Numbered from the stretch's first letter, positions 40,358-54,200 are shown. The stretch: 64,000 nucleotides of DNA from Stegostoma tigrinum (GCF_030684315.1 NC_081364.1:27772989-27836988); one strand, 5' to 3'. Notes: generated by a model not told the origin, from the letters alone. Numbers and translations: made by a program.

Positions 40358-41324
40358 AAACAAAAACAGAAATTGCTGGAAAAGCTCAGCAGATCTGGCA
40401 GAACCTGTGAAGAGAAACAAGAGTTAATGTGTTAGGTCAAGTGACCCTTCCTCAGAATTGCTGGTAGCTAGGAAAATGTTGGTTGATAAGTAGACGTTAG
40501 GGTGGGGGAGGGGGTGAGCAGTAAATGATGCTTAGAGATAGAGCTCGAGAAGAACTGTTGAACAAAGGAGCGGATAACGATCTCGCTAGGAGGATGAATA
40601 GCTAATAATGGAGACCGTTAGTAGCGAACAATGGATCGCTTACAATAGCAGACAATGTGATAACAAGACCTGGTATTTGGGGTTGGGGGTAAAGACTTGG
40701 GAGAGCTCCAAGTCCTGAAGTTATTGAACTCAAAGTTGAGTTTGGAAGGCTGCAGGATCCCCAAGTGTAAAATGACATGCTGTATTTCCAGCTTGTGCTG
40801 ATCTTTGCTGGAGCACTGCAGCAAGCCTGAGACAGAGATGTTGGCCAGGGAACAGGCTAATATGTTGAAGTGGCAGGCAACTGGCAGTTCAGGGTCTACA
40901 GAATGCAAGTGTTCTGCAAAATGGTCACCCTGTCTACGCTTTGTTTCCCTGATGTTGACGAGACCACATTGTGAGTGCAAATGCGGTAGAGTAGATTGTG
41001 TGAAGAGTAGGTAAAGCACTGCTTCACCTGGAACGTGTGTTCGAGCCCTTGGATACTGAGGAAGTAACTGGACAGGTGTTGCACCTTCTGCAGTTGACAG
41101 GAAGGTGCCGTGAGATTGTGGGCAGTTGTTGGGAATGAAGGAAGAGTGGAATAGGGGGTCTTGGAGGGACTGGTCCCTGCAGAAGGCTGACAAGGGAGGG
41201 GGGGAAGGTGTGTCTAGTGGTGGCATCTCGTTGGATGCGGCGGAAATGGCGGCTAATAATCCTATGGATGTAGTATCACAGGTGGGATCAAAGATAAAGA
41301 CAAGGAGGACCTTCAGCTTGGTCT
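40358..41324 (-). mobile_element. Penelope-like element 3' part (GIY-YIG), left arm of an inverted pair
   Basis: ORF 40618..41226 contains CGLVNIRETKRRQGDHFAEHL...PVACHFN. The terminal repeat is at the left end. Confidence 0.85.
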
Positions 41325-42475
41325 GAGCAACCTTCTACACTTCAGCCCTCACCCCCTCTCTTCCCTCCCGCAACAGTGATAGGGTCCCCCTTGCATATAC
41401 CTACCATCCCACCAGCATCCACATCCAGAGGAAAACTAGCTGTCATTTCTGCCACCTCCAGCAAGATGCCACCATCAGACACATACTCACTCCCCTGTCA
41501 GCCTTCCACATAGTCCGTTCCATCCAGGACACGCTGGTCCACTCTTCCATCACTCCCAACAATGGCCCACAAACCCACACAACCTTCTGTTACAACTGCA
41601 GAAGGTGCAACACTTATCCATTTATTTCCTCCCTCTCAGTATCAAAGAGCCTTCAACTTCTGAGTAAAGCAGTGCTTTACTTTCATTTCACACAATCTAG
41701 TCTACCGCATTTGCTGCTCACAATGTGGTCCCCTCTACATCAGGAAAATGAAGTGTAAACTCGGTGACTGCTTCGCAGAACACTTACTTTCCATCCACAG
41801 AAGAGATCGTGAACGTCCAGTTACCTGCCACTTCTACACATCAACGTGTTCCCTGGCCAACACGCCTGTCTCAGGCTTGCTGCAGTGCTCCAGTGAAGCT
41901 CAGCATGAGCTGAAAGAACAGCTTGGGATGCTGCAGCCTTCTGGATTCGATATCGAACTCAATATCTTTAGAGTTTCAGCTCTCCCATGTCCTTACCCCA
42001 ACTCCCACACACCAGGCCTTGTTATTACATGGTCTGCTATTCTGAGGAAGGGTCACTGGACCCGAAATATTAACTCTGATTTCCTTTGTAAATGCTGCCA
42101 GACCTCCTGAGTACTTTTGTTTCAGATTTGCAACATCAGTTTTTACTTGTTATCACATGGTTGCCATTAGACACATTAGACACAACCCATTGTTAGCTAC
42201 TAACAGTCTCCATTAATAGCGATTCACCATCTTAGCCGGATCGTTATCCAGTCCTTTGTCTGTCCAACCGTTCCTCTCTCTCTTTGAGTTCCATCCCCAC
42301 CTATCATTTAGTCCTTACACCCTCCTCCCACCCTATCTTCTGCTTATAAACTGCAATTTTCCTCGCAACCATCAGTTCTGAGGAAGTGTCACTTGAGCTA
42401 AAAAGCTAACTCTGATTTCTCTTCACCGAGCTTTACCAGCAATTTCTATTTTTTTTTCTGATTTACAGCATTACT
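41325..42475 (+). mobile_element. Penelope-like element 3' part (GIY-YIG), right arm of an inverted pair
   Basis: ORF 41748..42110 KCKLGDCFAEHL...PVTCHF, homologous to the left arm. The terminal repeat is at the right end. Confidence 0.85.
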
Positions 42476-43841
42476 GATCCTTAAAGCATCAGTAGAAAGA
42501 ACTAAAAAAGTTCTTTCAGTTTTTTTTATTAAATAATAAAAGATGTGCTTACATTTTGATGCAGAAAACATTGAAACAAAATACTTTGGACATGAAAATG
42601 GGGTTGCACATCTCATATAGTAAGACTATAAATGAAATGGAGGACCTAAGTGGCCTTATGGCTGAAGATTTACAGCACATTTCCAATGACAATGCAAGAA
42701 AATTAGGAAGTTTTAAAAATGAAAACTGAATCCTAATGTGGTATTTAAACACATTAAATATAAAACACAAGGAAATGGTGTTGAACTTGTTCAAAACCTT
42801 CAGTTAACATTGGAACATTGAGTGCAGTTTCGGGCAAGCCACTAAAAGAAAAATGAAAAAGGATTGAAAATGTTTAGTGTAGAGGCACTAAATGTTATGT
42901 AGAATTAAGAGCTTTTCTTCCAGAATAGTAATTTCAGAAGTTACAGTGGTTTTCACTGTAATTGAGTCAGTTAAGCAGTGACCTAATACAGGTTTCCAAA
43001 ATTAAAATGTTCTATTGAAGTATTAACATTTTTTCATTGTTATGTAGAGAAATGGGTGAGTATAAATTTAAGATGATCATATGCAGTAAGAATTAAAGAT
43101 GCGTAGACAAATAATTAGAATGTGGAATTATGTTCCTCGAATTATCACTAACACAGAGTTTATTATTTAAGAAGGGAATCCATAAACAAAAAGCAATAAA
43201 GTGAATAATTAAATAGGTGAGACTAGAACCTTAGATCAATACAATCTTCAGGTCTTCTTGACAGTACCTAGTATTTGCAGGAACTTTCCAAATAGTGTGA
43301 ACCCCCTTGTTTTTCCCATAACCCTGAAAATTTCCTTAGACAAGCATTTCTGCTGCACCCCATCTCTGCACTCTTTGCTTCACTCACTGCCCCTCCTCTA
43401 GCCTGTATTTGCTTAACTTGCTGCCTTCACCTCCCCATTCTCTACTTCACTTACTACCCCACTCTCAGCTTCAATCACAGCTCTGCATCACAATTGTCCA
43501 CTTAACTCTCTGCCTCCTCATATCCAACTTGCCATTCCGCTCACCTCCCCACTCTTCCCTCTCCTTGTTGCCTATAATCACGCAGCTGTACAACTGCAGC
43601 CCTGCACCACTCCTTTGCCTCCTACTTCTCTGCATTAATCAAGCTCACGTCATTGAGCAGTTCAACACTTTGAGCAGGGACCAGGGCTGTAAGTGAGGTG
43701 TTGGATGAAACAATGAGAACTCAAGGTATGGAAACCTAAAGAGGAAAACTCGATTACTACTGCAGTAAAATGTAATACTATTTAATTGCTGTGATCTCCA
43801 TAATCATTCAAATATTATTGTCGGGCGACTTAGATGACAAT

Positions 43842-44077
43842 TGTTGTGACTGTAACAAGGTCACCCAGGCAGACTTCATAGAATAGAAGATCTCTATTTG
43901 GGGCTGTTAATCTGGTCTGGTCAGGGAACCCTAGCTGACAGATATAAACAGTTGTGTCAGACATCCTGTTCAATCTGAGAGCTGGCTCCGAGGGAGCTGG
44001 ATCAGTGTCATGGACTCTCCACATGTGAATAAAGGATGACTTGGTGATGGGATACCAGCCACTATGGAGTAATTCTA
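43842..44077 (+). mobile_element. Solo LTR related to the Gypsy LTR at 61920-62141
   Basis: Shared blocks tgt.gtga.tgt.acaa, ctgacagata, gtgaataaagga and cttggtga..gatac, and a ggagt.att end. Confidence 0.75.
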
Positions 44078-44506
44078 TCATAGAATATGTGTCTTTGATC
44101 AGCAGAACTATAGTCACGTATCAAGATAAAACTGGAGTGTACTTTAACAAAAACACTTTTGTACAGCACAAATAATTTTTTACAAAATACAATTAAATAA
44201 ATGAATAATCAATGTTTAAAATTAGTTTTCTGGTTTCAGATTAAAGAATTAAACCATTATTACTATATTAATGTCCAGGTTTAGATCAGACAACAGTATA
44301 TCATGATGCAACATAACTTGTAAAGTAGCACATTTATTTCATGCTGCAATCATACCTCTGGAGAAGGTTTAGTCTTCGTGCAGCATTTACCTTTTTTTTA
44401 AACTAATTAAGTTCTCATTTCATTCAGTTAAGCCATTCAAACCTTCAGCTGAGGTTCCATCAAATACAGATGAAGATATTTTTGATTAAATACTTTAGTC
44501 ACACAC

Positions 44507-44625
44507 CTCAACAGTTTTTTATTAGTGAACACCAACTTCAGCTTGCTATTGTCTTTGTTTCCTGTCAAAAACAATTTGTCTGATTTTCCATCTTCCATTT
44601 TGAGCAGAGAATCCGGCTTACTGTT
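44507..44625 (-). CDS. PHF2: PHF2 coding exon (~exon 14): NSKPDSLLKMEDGKSDKLFLTGNKDNSKLKLVFTNKKLL(S)
   Basis: 119 nt, cag acceptor and gtgtgt donor. NSKPDSLLKME and GNKDN match PHF2. Confidence 0.93.
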
Positions 44626-44809
44626 CTGGGAAGTAAAGAAAATGCAGGCATGAGTTTTTCATTTTTAACGAGTGTCACTACACTGCCATTGAACGTTAGT
44701 GTTTATTCAACATTACATTTAGAGTTCCTATTATAGTTGTATGATTACAAAGAACTCATTAAAGACATCTGTAAAAGAACTCGTCAGCTTTTTTGTCCCC
44801 CATATTGAA

Positions 44810-45210
44810 TTTGGCTGACTAGGAGAACTTATGCCTCCAAGTCTGAAGATTGTGAATTACATTCCCCTTCCAAGTCTTTAGGACATAATCTCCACTTGCA
44901 CTTTGGTCTGACTGACTGCAGGGAGAATGATGCATTGTCAGAGATGCCATCTTGCAGTTGGCACATTAAATCAAAATTAAGTTTGCATGTTCCTATAGCA
45001 GTATTTGAAGAAAAGTAGAATTTAGCTAGAGTGTTAGCTCAAATTTCTCTGCATCAATGCCATTAAACATATTAAGTAAGCATTTATCTCAGAGGGAGCT
45101 TGCTATATGTTGCCATATCACTAACATTACAGTGGTGACTCTATTTCAAAAGGACTTGGTTGACTGTAAAGCATTTTGCTCCATCAATCAATGAAAGGTG
45201 CTTGGAATTT
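44810..45210 (+). mobile_element. Old Deu-domain SINE (SacSINE1/AmnSINE1-like)
   Basis: tgcattgtcagagatgccatctt...acattaaa resembles the recalled Deu core. L2-like tail. Heavily diverged. Confidence 0.55.
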
Positions 45211-46825
45211 CTTCTTTCTTTCTGTTTTTTATATAATTCATGATAATGATTCATATAAAGAGGCAAAGCAGTCTCTCCTTACCCACCACTGAAAGAACAT
45301 ACCTCCTTCTGATTGACTCCTCACCCCCATAAAGGCTATGTACTGGTGAGATCCAAGTCCACTATAAATCCAAAATTATTACGTCTCTTTACTCCTTTAC
45401 TGCAATCACCAAAAACTGCAGCTCTATTGTAATCTTTTATAAAATCAAACTCTGTTTGACTATAATATGTTGCAACCTTGAACTAGAAGTGTAGGCTATC
45501 TTTAAGAAACATCCACCGCATATCACTCATATAAAAAATAAACTACTAGGCATTGTTAATCACAATAAACCAAAAAGCAATGCAGGCAGGACAAATTAGT
45601 CCTGATTTGTGAATTCATAAAACATGAGCATCTAATGTGCACTAATTTACTGTACCACTGAATTTTAAAATATTTTGTTTAATTTTTAATAGTTCGCTGC
45701 CAATTTAGTCAAATTAATTACCATGGACTTAATAACAACAAGCCTGGTATGGGCTGGGGAAGCAGGTATACTTTGATGTCAAGGAAAAAATTCATTTGAC
45801 AGCTTGAGCTAATGGTTGTGATGCCAACAGAAATGGATCTCTCAGGGAAACAGTTCATTATATGGGTGATTGATTTGGATGGCCACAGTCAGAATTTGAG
45901 CTGTTCCTCCTTCACCATGGCAGACTGAAAACCTGAACATCAGCAGGTACATCACTAACCAGGCTGTAGCTGGTGAGATTTACAACCAGTCAGGAGATAC
46001 GCCATTGACAAATGGAGCTGTCATTAGCTTGTGGGTTACAGAAAGTGTTTCACTTGAGACAATGTGAGTTCAGACAAGTTTGTGGGTTTATTTTTTAGAT
46101 CTTTTATCAAAGGGGGTGCTTTGTTAGCAATCAGCTCCTGGTATTTCTTTGAGCAGGATTTTTTGTTTTGCTGGCATCAGGGGGATGGAAAATTATAACC
46201 TCTAACTGGTGCTCTGCTTTAGGTAAGCTTTGCAACTTGAAAACCCTCAAACAAATGCTGCTGAGATGGCAACCAAACATTGGCAACAGGCTCCAGATCC
46301 AAGAATTCAAAAAAAAACATTGAAAAATACATTTAATGATATGCCATTGTATGACATTCCTCAGAGTTATATAAAATCACACAACTTTAGGAAGTTGAAA
46401 AAATGCTTTTGAACAATAGATTAAGGATCATAAAACAGAGAGTATTTACATAGGCAGGAGAGGGATGTTTAAAGCAGTGAAATAACTCCCTGTTTTTGGA
46501 GTTCTGATGCACAGACGATGAAGTAAACCATGCAATGCAAAATGCTTGGCTTACATGATCCAAAAATTGGTTTATATGTTCCAGATTATTTCGATAAGTA
46601 TTCTCTGAATTTCACAGAACTGGTAGAATACCTTAAAAAGAATTTTAGTTCCAGATGTTCACAACAGGAATAACCCCTTATAAATATGATCTAATCTCAA
46701 TGCTCATCTCAAAGCAGGCAATGCTAGGAATGCTCAGCAGTTCAGTCAGCATCTTTAGCGAGAACTAGATAAGCTAATGGTTCAGCTGTCGATCCTTGAT
46801 GAGAATTACATATTTCATGCAAACT

Positions 46826-47552
46826 TGGGCTTTTGTGGCACAGTGGTAGTGTCATTACCCTTGGACCAGGAGGCCTGCTTCAAAACACACCTGCTTCCAC
46901 AGGTGTGTATTAACATCTCTGAACGGGTTGATCAGAAAAATAGATTTTTTTTTAGAAAGTCTATTTATCCCCTTCTATCTCTGCCTGCCTTTCCCTCACT
47001 TTTGATTATCTGGGCTTTGCATGTAAATATTTATTTGGCTTCATGGGTGATTTACTGGTGATGCTTATTAGTTAAAAATAAAAAAAAAGCAAAAACAGAC
47101 CCATAGGGGTCTTCTGTGGCAGTGGTAGCATCCCTACCCCTGAGCCCGGAAGCCTAGTTTCAAGTTTAACCTGCCCAGTGGTTTGTCTGAACTGGTTGAT
47201 TGAGAAAAATCTATAAAGCAGATCCACAGGGCTCTCATGGCACAGTGGTAGTGTCCACGCCTCAAGGAGGACCAGATTCAAATTCTATCTGCTCCAAAAA
47301 AAATCGAAGTGGCAACACAAGTAATTTACTGCAGGTGGTTAATTGTTAAAAACAAAAAGAAATCACGGTGGTTTAGTGATGAGGAAAAAATTCATTCAGT
47401 TGTGTGTGATAGCACTTCCAGATATAAAGCAGTGCATTCACAGGGGCTCTTGTGGCAGAGTGTTAGCGCTCCTACCTCTGAGCCAGGAAAACCAGTACCT
47501 GTTCCAAAGGTGTGCAATAACATTTCTGAACACATTCGTGAGAAAATATATA
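46826..47552 (+). repeat. Cluster of four short tRNA-like SINE copies (fifth copy at ~57100-57210)
   Basis: gggct.t.gtggca.agtg.tag...cctac...tgagcc...tctgaac...ttga...gaaaa.ata recurs at ~46826, 47106, 47229 and 47442. Confidence 0.75.
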
Positions 47553-47575
47553 AAAGTATCTTTATTATCAATTGA

Positions 47576-50500
47576 TAGAAATGTAGAAAATAGAAGATAG
47601 GAGGAGGCCATTCAACCCTTTGAGCCTGCTCTGCTATTCACCACAATCATGGCTGATCATCGAACTTATAAACCTAATCCTGCTTTTTCCCGCTAAAAAC
47701 TTTTCACCCCAAGTGCTACATCTAGCTGCATCTTGGATACATTCAATGTTTTGGCATAAACTACTTCCTGTGGTAGTGAATTCCGCAGGCTCACCACTCT
47801 TTGGGTGAAGAAATGTCTCCTCATCTCCATCCTAAGTGGTCTATGCCAAATCCTCAGACTGTGACCCCCAGTTCTGGACATCCCAACATCAGGAAGATTC
47901 ACCCTGCATCTACCCTGTCTGGTCCTATTAGAATTTTATAATTCTCTGTGAGATGCCCCTCATTCATCTGAACTCTAGGAAAATCAATCCTAACCTGCTC
48001 AATCTCTCCTCATACATTAGCCCAGCCATCCCTGGAATCAGCCTGATAAACCTTCACTGCATTCCCTTGAGAGGAAGAGCATCCTTCCTCAGAAAAAGTG
48101 ACCAAAGCTTCACACAATATTCTAGGTGTGGCCTCACCAAGGCCCTGTATAATTGCAACAACACATCCCTGCTCCTGTACTCGAAACCTCTCGCAATGAA
48201 GGCCAACATGCCATTTGCCTTCTTTACCGCCTTCTGCACCTGCATGCTTACCTTCAGCAATTGCTGCACAAGGACACACAGGTCCCTCTTCCAATTACAT
48301 TCAGGTAGTAATCTGCCTTCTTGTTTTTGCTTCCAAAGTGAATAACCTCATATTTCTCCAAATTATACTGCACCTGCCATTAATTTGCCCAGTCACCCAA
48401 TCTGTCCAGATCATAGATAATGGGAACTGCAGATGCTGGAGAATCCGAGATAACGAAGTGTGAAGCTGGATGAACACAGCAGGCCAAGCAGCATCTTAGG
48501 AGCACAAAAGCTGATGTTTCGGGCCTAGACCCTTCATCAGAGAGTGGGGTCTAGGCCCGAATGTCGGCTTTTGTGCTCCTCAGATGCTGCTTGGCCTGCT
48601 GTGTTCATCCAGCTTCACACTTTGCTGTCCAGATCATGCTGAAGGATCTGTACATCCTCGTCACAGTTTACCCTCCCACCTAACTTAGTGTCACGTGCAA
48701 ACTTTGAAATGGTACATTTTGTTCCCTCATTCAAATTATTAATATATACTGTGAATAACTGGAGTCCCAGCACCAATCTCTGTGGCATCCCACTAGTTAC
48801 TGCTTGCCAACTTGAAAAAGACCTTTAATTCCAAGTCTTTGTTTACTCTCTGCCAAATAATTTTCTATCCAACTCAGAACACTTCCCCCAAAGCCATGCA
48901 CTTTAATCTCACACAATAATCTCTTTTGCGGGATTTTATCTTCTGAAAGTCTAAATGTACCACATTGACTGGCTCCCCTTTGTCAAGTCTACTAATTAAA
49001 TCTTCATAGAATTCCAACAGATTTATCAAGTATGATTTCCCCTTCATAAATCCATGCTGACTCTGTCTGATCCTACCACTGCTTTTTAAATGCTCTGCTA
49101 TAAAGTCCTTCATAATGGATTTGAGAATTTTCCCCATTACCGATGTTAGGCTTCCTGGCCTATAATTCTGTTTTCTCCCCACCTCCCTTTTTGAATGTCA
49201 GAGTCATTCCATCTCCAATCAGCAGGGAATGTTCCAGAGTCTAAAGAAGCCTAGAAGATGACCACCAATGCATCTACTTTTCCTACAGTCACTTCCTTAA
49301 GTACTCTAAAGGTGTAGATTATCAGGCCGTGGGGAATTATCCACCTTCAATCCCATCAATTTTTCCAGCACCATTTCTCTACTAATATTGATCTCCCTCA
49401 ATTCTTCTCTCTCACTAAATATTGCATTCTCCAACATTTCTGGTATCTGATTTGTGTCTTCTTTTGTGAATCGAATTATGTATTCAGTTGCTCAGCTATT
49501 TCTTTGTCAGGTATTATACATTTCCTGGTTTCTGTCTGCAGGGGACCTATATTTGTCTTCACCAATCCCTGTTTCTTCATATAACCATAGAAACACTTAG
49601 TGTCAGTCTTTATGTTCCCTGCAAGCTTACTTTTGTACTGTATTTCACACCCATCTTAATCAATCCCTTGGTCCTTCTTTGCTGGATTCTAAACTGCTCT
49701 CAGTCCACAGACGTACTATTTGTGTTGGACAATCTGAATGCTTCTTCCTTGGAACAGATACTATCTCTAATTTCCTCTGTAAGCCATGAACTTCCATCCT
49801 TAACCATTTTGCTTTGTATCAAACAGGAATAAACAGTTGCTGCAGATCATCCCTTTAAGTAATCGTCCCCACTCTATCAAAGCCAACTCACCCCTCATAT
49901 CTTCATAGTTTTCTTCATTAAGATTTAGCACCCTAGTTTCCAAATCAACTACCTCACTCTCCATCTTGATAAAAAATTCTACCCTGTTATGGTCACTCAC
50001 CCCCAGGGCATCTTGCAGAGCTAGATCGGCAATGATTCCCTTCTCATTGCACAATACCCAGTCTAAGATAGCCTGCTCTCTCCACATATTGGTCAAGAAA
50101 ACCATCCCATATACGGTCCAGGAATTCCTCCTCTACAGCATTGTGGCTAATTTGATTTGCCCAATCTATGTGCAGATTAAAATCACCCATGATCACTGAT
50201 ATTTCCTGTTTAATGCCATTCTCAACATCACCACTGCAGTTTAAGAGTCTATATATGACACCCACAAATGTTTTTTTGCCCCTTAATATTTCTCAGCTCT
50301 ACCCATACAGACTCCACATTGTCAGAACTGATATCCTTTCCAACTATTGGGTCAATTTCCTCTTTGGCCAGCAATACCACTCTACCACCTTTTCCTTTTT
50401 GCCTGTCCTTCCTAAATTTTGAATACCCTAGGTCATTAAGCTACCCTACCAAGTCGCCCTGCAGCCGTGTCTCCAAAAACCCAATTATATTGCGCCCGTT

Positions 50501-51560
50501 TACATCTATCTGCACAATTAGTTCTTCCACTTTACTGTAAATGCTCTGCACAATAAGGCACAAAGCTTTTAAGCTGGTCTTTTTAACACTGTTTACCTCA
50601 CTCTTATTTTTCTTATTCCCTTTTCTACCTTTTGGCTTTGTCCTTGCTCCCTCCTTCTGACTCCTTACATAGGCTCCCATTCCCCACCCTCCCCAACCCT
50701 GCACATTAGTTTAAACCTTCCTCAACCGCTCTACCAAACACTCCCCCTTGGACATCAGTCTCAGTGCTGCCCAGGCGTAACCTGTCCAATTCGTACAGGT
50801 CCCACCAACCCCAGAACCAACCACAATCTGAAACCCCCTCAACACCAAATTTTCAGCCACGTATTCATCTGATATATCCTGTTATTTCTACTGTGACTAG
50901 CATGAGGAACTAGTAGTAATCCTGAGATCACAACCTTTCAGGTCCAATTTCTTAACTTTCTTCCTAGCTTCCTGTACTGTGCTTTTCGGACCTCATCATT
51001 TTCTTAAACCTATGTTGTTTGTACCGACGTGTATCACTACCACTGGCTATTCACCCTTCCCTTCCAGAACATCTTGTACCTGCTCTGAGACACCCTTGAC
51101 CCTAGCACCATCCTGGAGTCTTATTTGCAGCTATCTATTTCCCTACAAGTCACCTACAACAATTGCTTTAGCACACTTCTTACCCCTGCCCTCTGCAGCA
51201 GAACCAACCATGGTGTAACATTTGGCTGCTGCTGCTTTCCCCGAGGGGTCATTCTCCACAATAGTATCCAAAACGGTATATCTGGTTTGCAGGATGGCCA
51301 CAGGAGATTCCTGCATTAGCTGTCTATCTCTCTTGCTCTGCCTAATGGTCCCCATTCCCTTCCTCCCTGCAATGTGACCACCTCTCTCACGTGCCACCCT
51401 TGATACTCTCTGCTTCGTGGATACTCCACAGTGTCCCCACTGCTGTTCCAGCTCTGAAATTTGAGCTCCCAGGAGGTGTAGCTGGAGACACTTCCTGCAC
51501 ACATGCTGATCCGGGCGACTGGAAATGTCCCCGGCCTGCCACATGGGGCGAGAGGAATAA
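47576..51560 (-). mobile_element. Near full-length degenerate CR1 LINE (ORF1 plus ORF2), sense to PHF2
   Basis: Colinear remnants: ORF1 (HVCRKCLQL, AIVVGD), APE endonuclease (IIGFLET, VIMGDFN, ILDWVL, SDHN), RT (NYRP.SLTS, QHGFMKGKS, LDFQK), C-terminus (LYRALVRPHLEYC, FFTQRVV) and 3' tail. Multiple frameshifts. Confidence 0.92.
48415..48624. mobile_element. Penelope-derived fold-back insertion nested in a CR1
   Basis: Perfect 13-bp TSD ctgtccagatcat (48402-48414 and 48625-48637). ~75-bp inverted arms turn at the hammerhead motif. Confidence 0.88.
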
Positions 51561-51825
51561 ACAAAGATGCTGGTATAAATTGAGCTTTTAAATAGCCAAA
51601 AGCCATATGAAGAGGAATGGAGGAAAGTGGCACCATTGTTTGGGTTCTTGGTTTGTACCAAAGAAAATTCATTGGAAATTTTGATTCTAGTATCTAATCC
51701 AAATTAAGTACATTGCACAGAAACTTTGAAGCCGAAATAAATTATAAAATATCTTATAAATCATTGCATTAAGAATTAAAAGAAGCCATTGATAATGCAG
51801 TTACATTTTCAAAGAATCATCCTAC

Positions 51826-51945
51826 CTTATACTTCCATTTCACTTCAGCTTTGCTTTTGTTCTGTTCTTGTATTCCAAATTTTACTACATCATTTTGATT
51901 GTTAACACTTTCTCTGCCAGCCATAGTTAACATATTTTTTGAAGC
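51826..51945 (-). CDS. PHF2: PHF2 coding exon (~exon 13): ASKNMLTMAGRESVNNQNDVVKFGIQEQNKSKAEVKWKYK
   Basis: 120 nt, tag acceptor and gtagga donor. Matches PHF2 QNDV...EQTKSKSEAKWKYK. Confidence 0.93.
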
Positions 51946-53106
51946 CTATGCGAAGAAAAAGAATTTTGTGTAGCATGAAAAGCTAAAAAATGTGAGGAAA
52001 GAAGTGGAATATTAACCCAACAATGACAACCAATGCTTAAAATACACAGGGCGATAGGTGAATCTACTGGAAATCGCCAAGGAAAATCCACTTACAGAGA
52101 ACAGTCACCCCATTAAATAGAAGGAAATGATAAGAAACTGCTCCTGAATCACAGGTCCATTCCCACTCATGCTTCTTCCTGATAGGAAACCCATTCGCTG
52201 TGATCTCACCAGTATACAGAGAATGTGTTTAGTGTAAGTAGAAATCCTCTTGTAGAAGTATGCATCAATTATTTTGGAAAACAAATGGTTAATAATTTAT
52301 GCCTATTGTCTTGTACCAATTTAAGTACTGTGGCATTTAGGGAATTAATGCCTTCCTCTATGTCAACGTATTAAGCAGCGGGATTGGGTACACGGGATTT
52401 TGTACAAGTTCAAACATCTTAGCATAATAACAGTAAAATTAAAGTTTCAAACGTGTTCAGTTACTACACTAAACAATGTACTTTAACAATGGTGCCATGG
52501 CATGTTTTCACATGTTGGCTAAAAAAAAATGCTGCATTAACTTTGGGACTGTTTCCAAAGTGATATAAATAAATATTTCAGTTGGTCAATAAAAATAGCA
52601 GCTCGAAAGTGAACGAAATAATAAAAGTACCAACACTCACATCTCTATTGAGAGGAGAATAGAACTGATTTGAGAATAATGGCTTTTCTGTGTCTCCCAT
52701 TAGAAATGCATTGTTGCCAGCTGTCTGTTTCTGGCAGAGGTTTAGCCTTTACAGTTTCTATATGTACCATTCACATTGACTACTGAAGGCGATCCATAAC
52801 CATTGCCCGCAAGTTAGATCATGGGCAAATTTGCAAAACAATATTTTGTTGCCCCGATGTAAACAGTGCAAACTGGGCTGGAAATTGTTCCCAGGTAAAA
52901 GAGAATAGAAGAAAACATTGCAGTTGTATACCGCCTTTCATGACTAGTGAAAATTCCAAATGTTTCACAGCTAATGAAGAACTTTTGAAGTAAAATCACT
53001 GTTGTAGAAAACACAACAATTAATGGGGTAGCACAAGCTCCTAAACTAGTGCAATGTGTTATAATAACCAGATAAACTGCTTTGCGATGGGGATCAAGAG
53101 GTTTTC

Positions 53107-54200
53107 TGTTATTCAGTCATGGAACAGGGGCTTTACTGGCTTGGCCAGCATTTATTCCTCATCCCTAATTACACATGAGAAAGTAGTGGGGAACTGACTT
53201 ACTGAGCCTCTGAAGGAGGTACACCCTACAATCCTATTAGATTTGGAGTTTCAGAATTTTGACACAGCAACACTGAAGAAATGGTGATATACTTCCAAGC
53301 AGGACAGTGACTTGGAGGGAACCTGCCGACGGTGGTGTTCTCATGTTTATCCTCTGGCACCGACTGCTCCAGTATCTGAGAAGTACCTGTGAATGGTGCT
53401 AAATGTTGCACAATCAATGATTAGCAAAATACCCGACTTCTCATCTTATGACGGAGGGATGGTCATCAGTGAAACAGCTGAAGCGGCTTGGGTCAAAAAC
53501 AGTACACTGAGGAAGTCCTGCAGAGATGTCCTGGAGCTGAGGTGACTGACTTCCAACAGCCACAACCAACTTCCTTCATTCTAGATATGACTCCAACCAG
53601 CAGAAAGTTCTCCTCCTGATTCCCATTGACTCTTTTTTCTGTGGCTCCTTAATGGTACACTCAATCAAATACAGCTTTGATGTCAACGGCATCGAGTCTC
53701 ACATTAGCTCTTTGGTCCCTGTTCAAACCAAGATTGTAATTAGGTCAGGAGCTAAGTGGCCCTGATGAAACCCAAACTGAGTGCCAGAGATCTGGTTTTT
53801 CCTAATATCAAACTGGTTATCAAGAGTAGACTGATAGAGAGGTAAATGATCAGGTTTGATTTGTCCTGTATTTAGTGTACAGGCATACCAGAGCAATTTA
53901 CAATACTGTTGGGTAGTACTGTTGCTAGTAATATAACTGTTCTGGAACAGCTTGGCTATGGGTGTGGCAAGTTCTAAAGCACAAATCTCTGCTAGTATTG
54001 TCAGAATGTTGTCAAGGCCTACATCTTTTGCAGTATCCAGTGCCTTCAGCTGTTCTTTGATATCACAGGGAATGAACTGTATGAGCTGAAGACTGGCACC
54101 TGTGATGCTGGGACTTTTGGAGGAACCCAAGATGGAGCATCCACTCCACACCTCTGGCTGAAAGATTGCTACAAACGCTCCAGCCTTATCTTTTGAATAA
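53107..54200 (-). mobile_element. Degenerate non-LTR retrotransposon (L2/CR1 superfamily)
   Basis: ORF 53723..54151 LKALDTAK..GLDNI...ELATPIAKLFQ...QFGF. The tail ggccagcatttatt..catccctaatt is shared with the SINE tails near 5880 and 9070. Confidence 0.75.

Noticed and set aside
44350-44506. Strong downstream donor (GAG|GTATGA near 44355) extending exon ~14
   Set aside because: Read-through from 44507 hits an in-frame TGA first, so it is not a coding extension.
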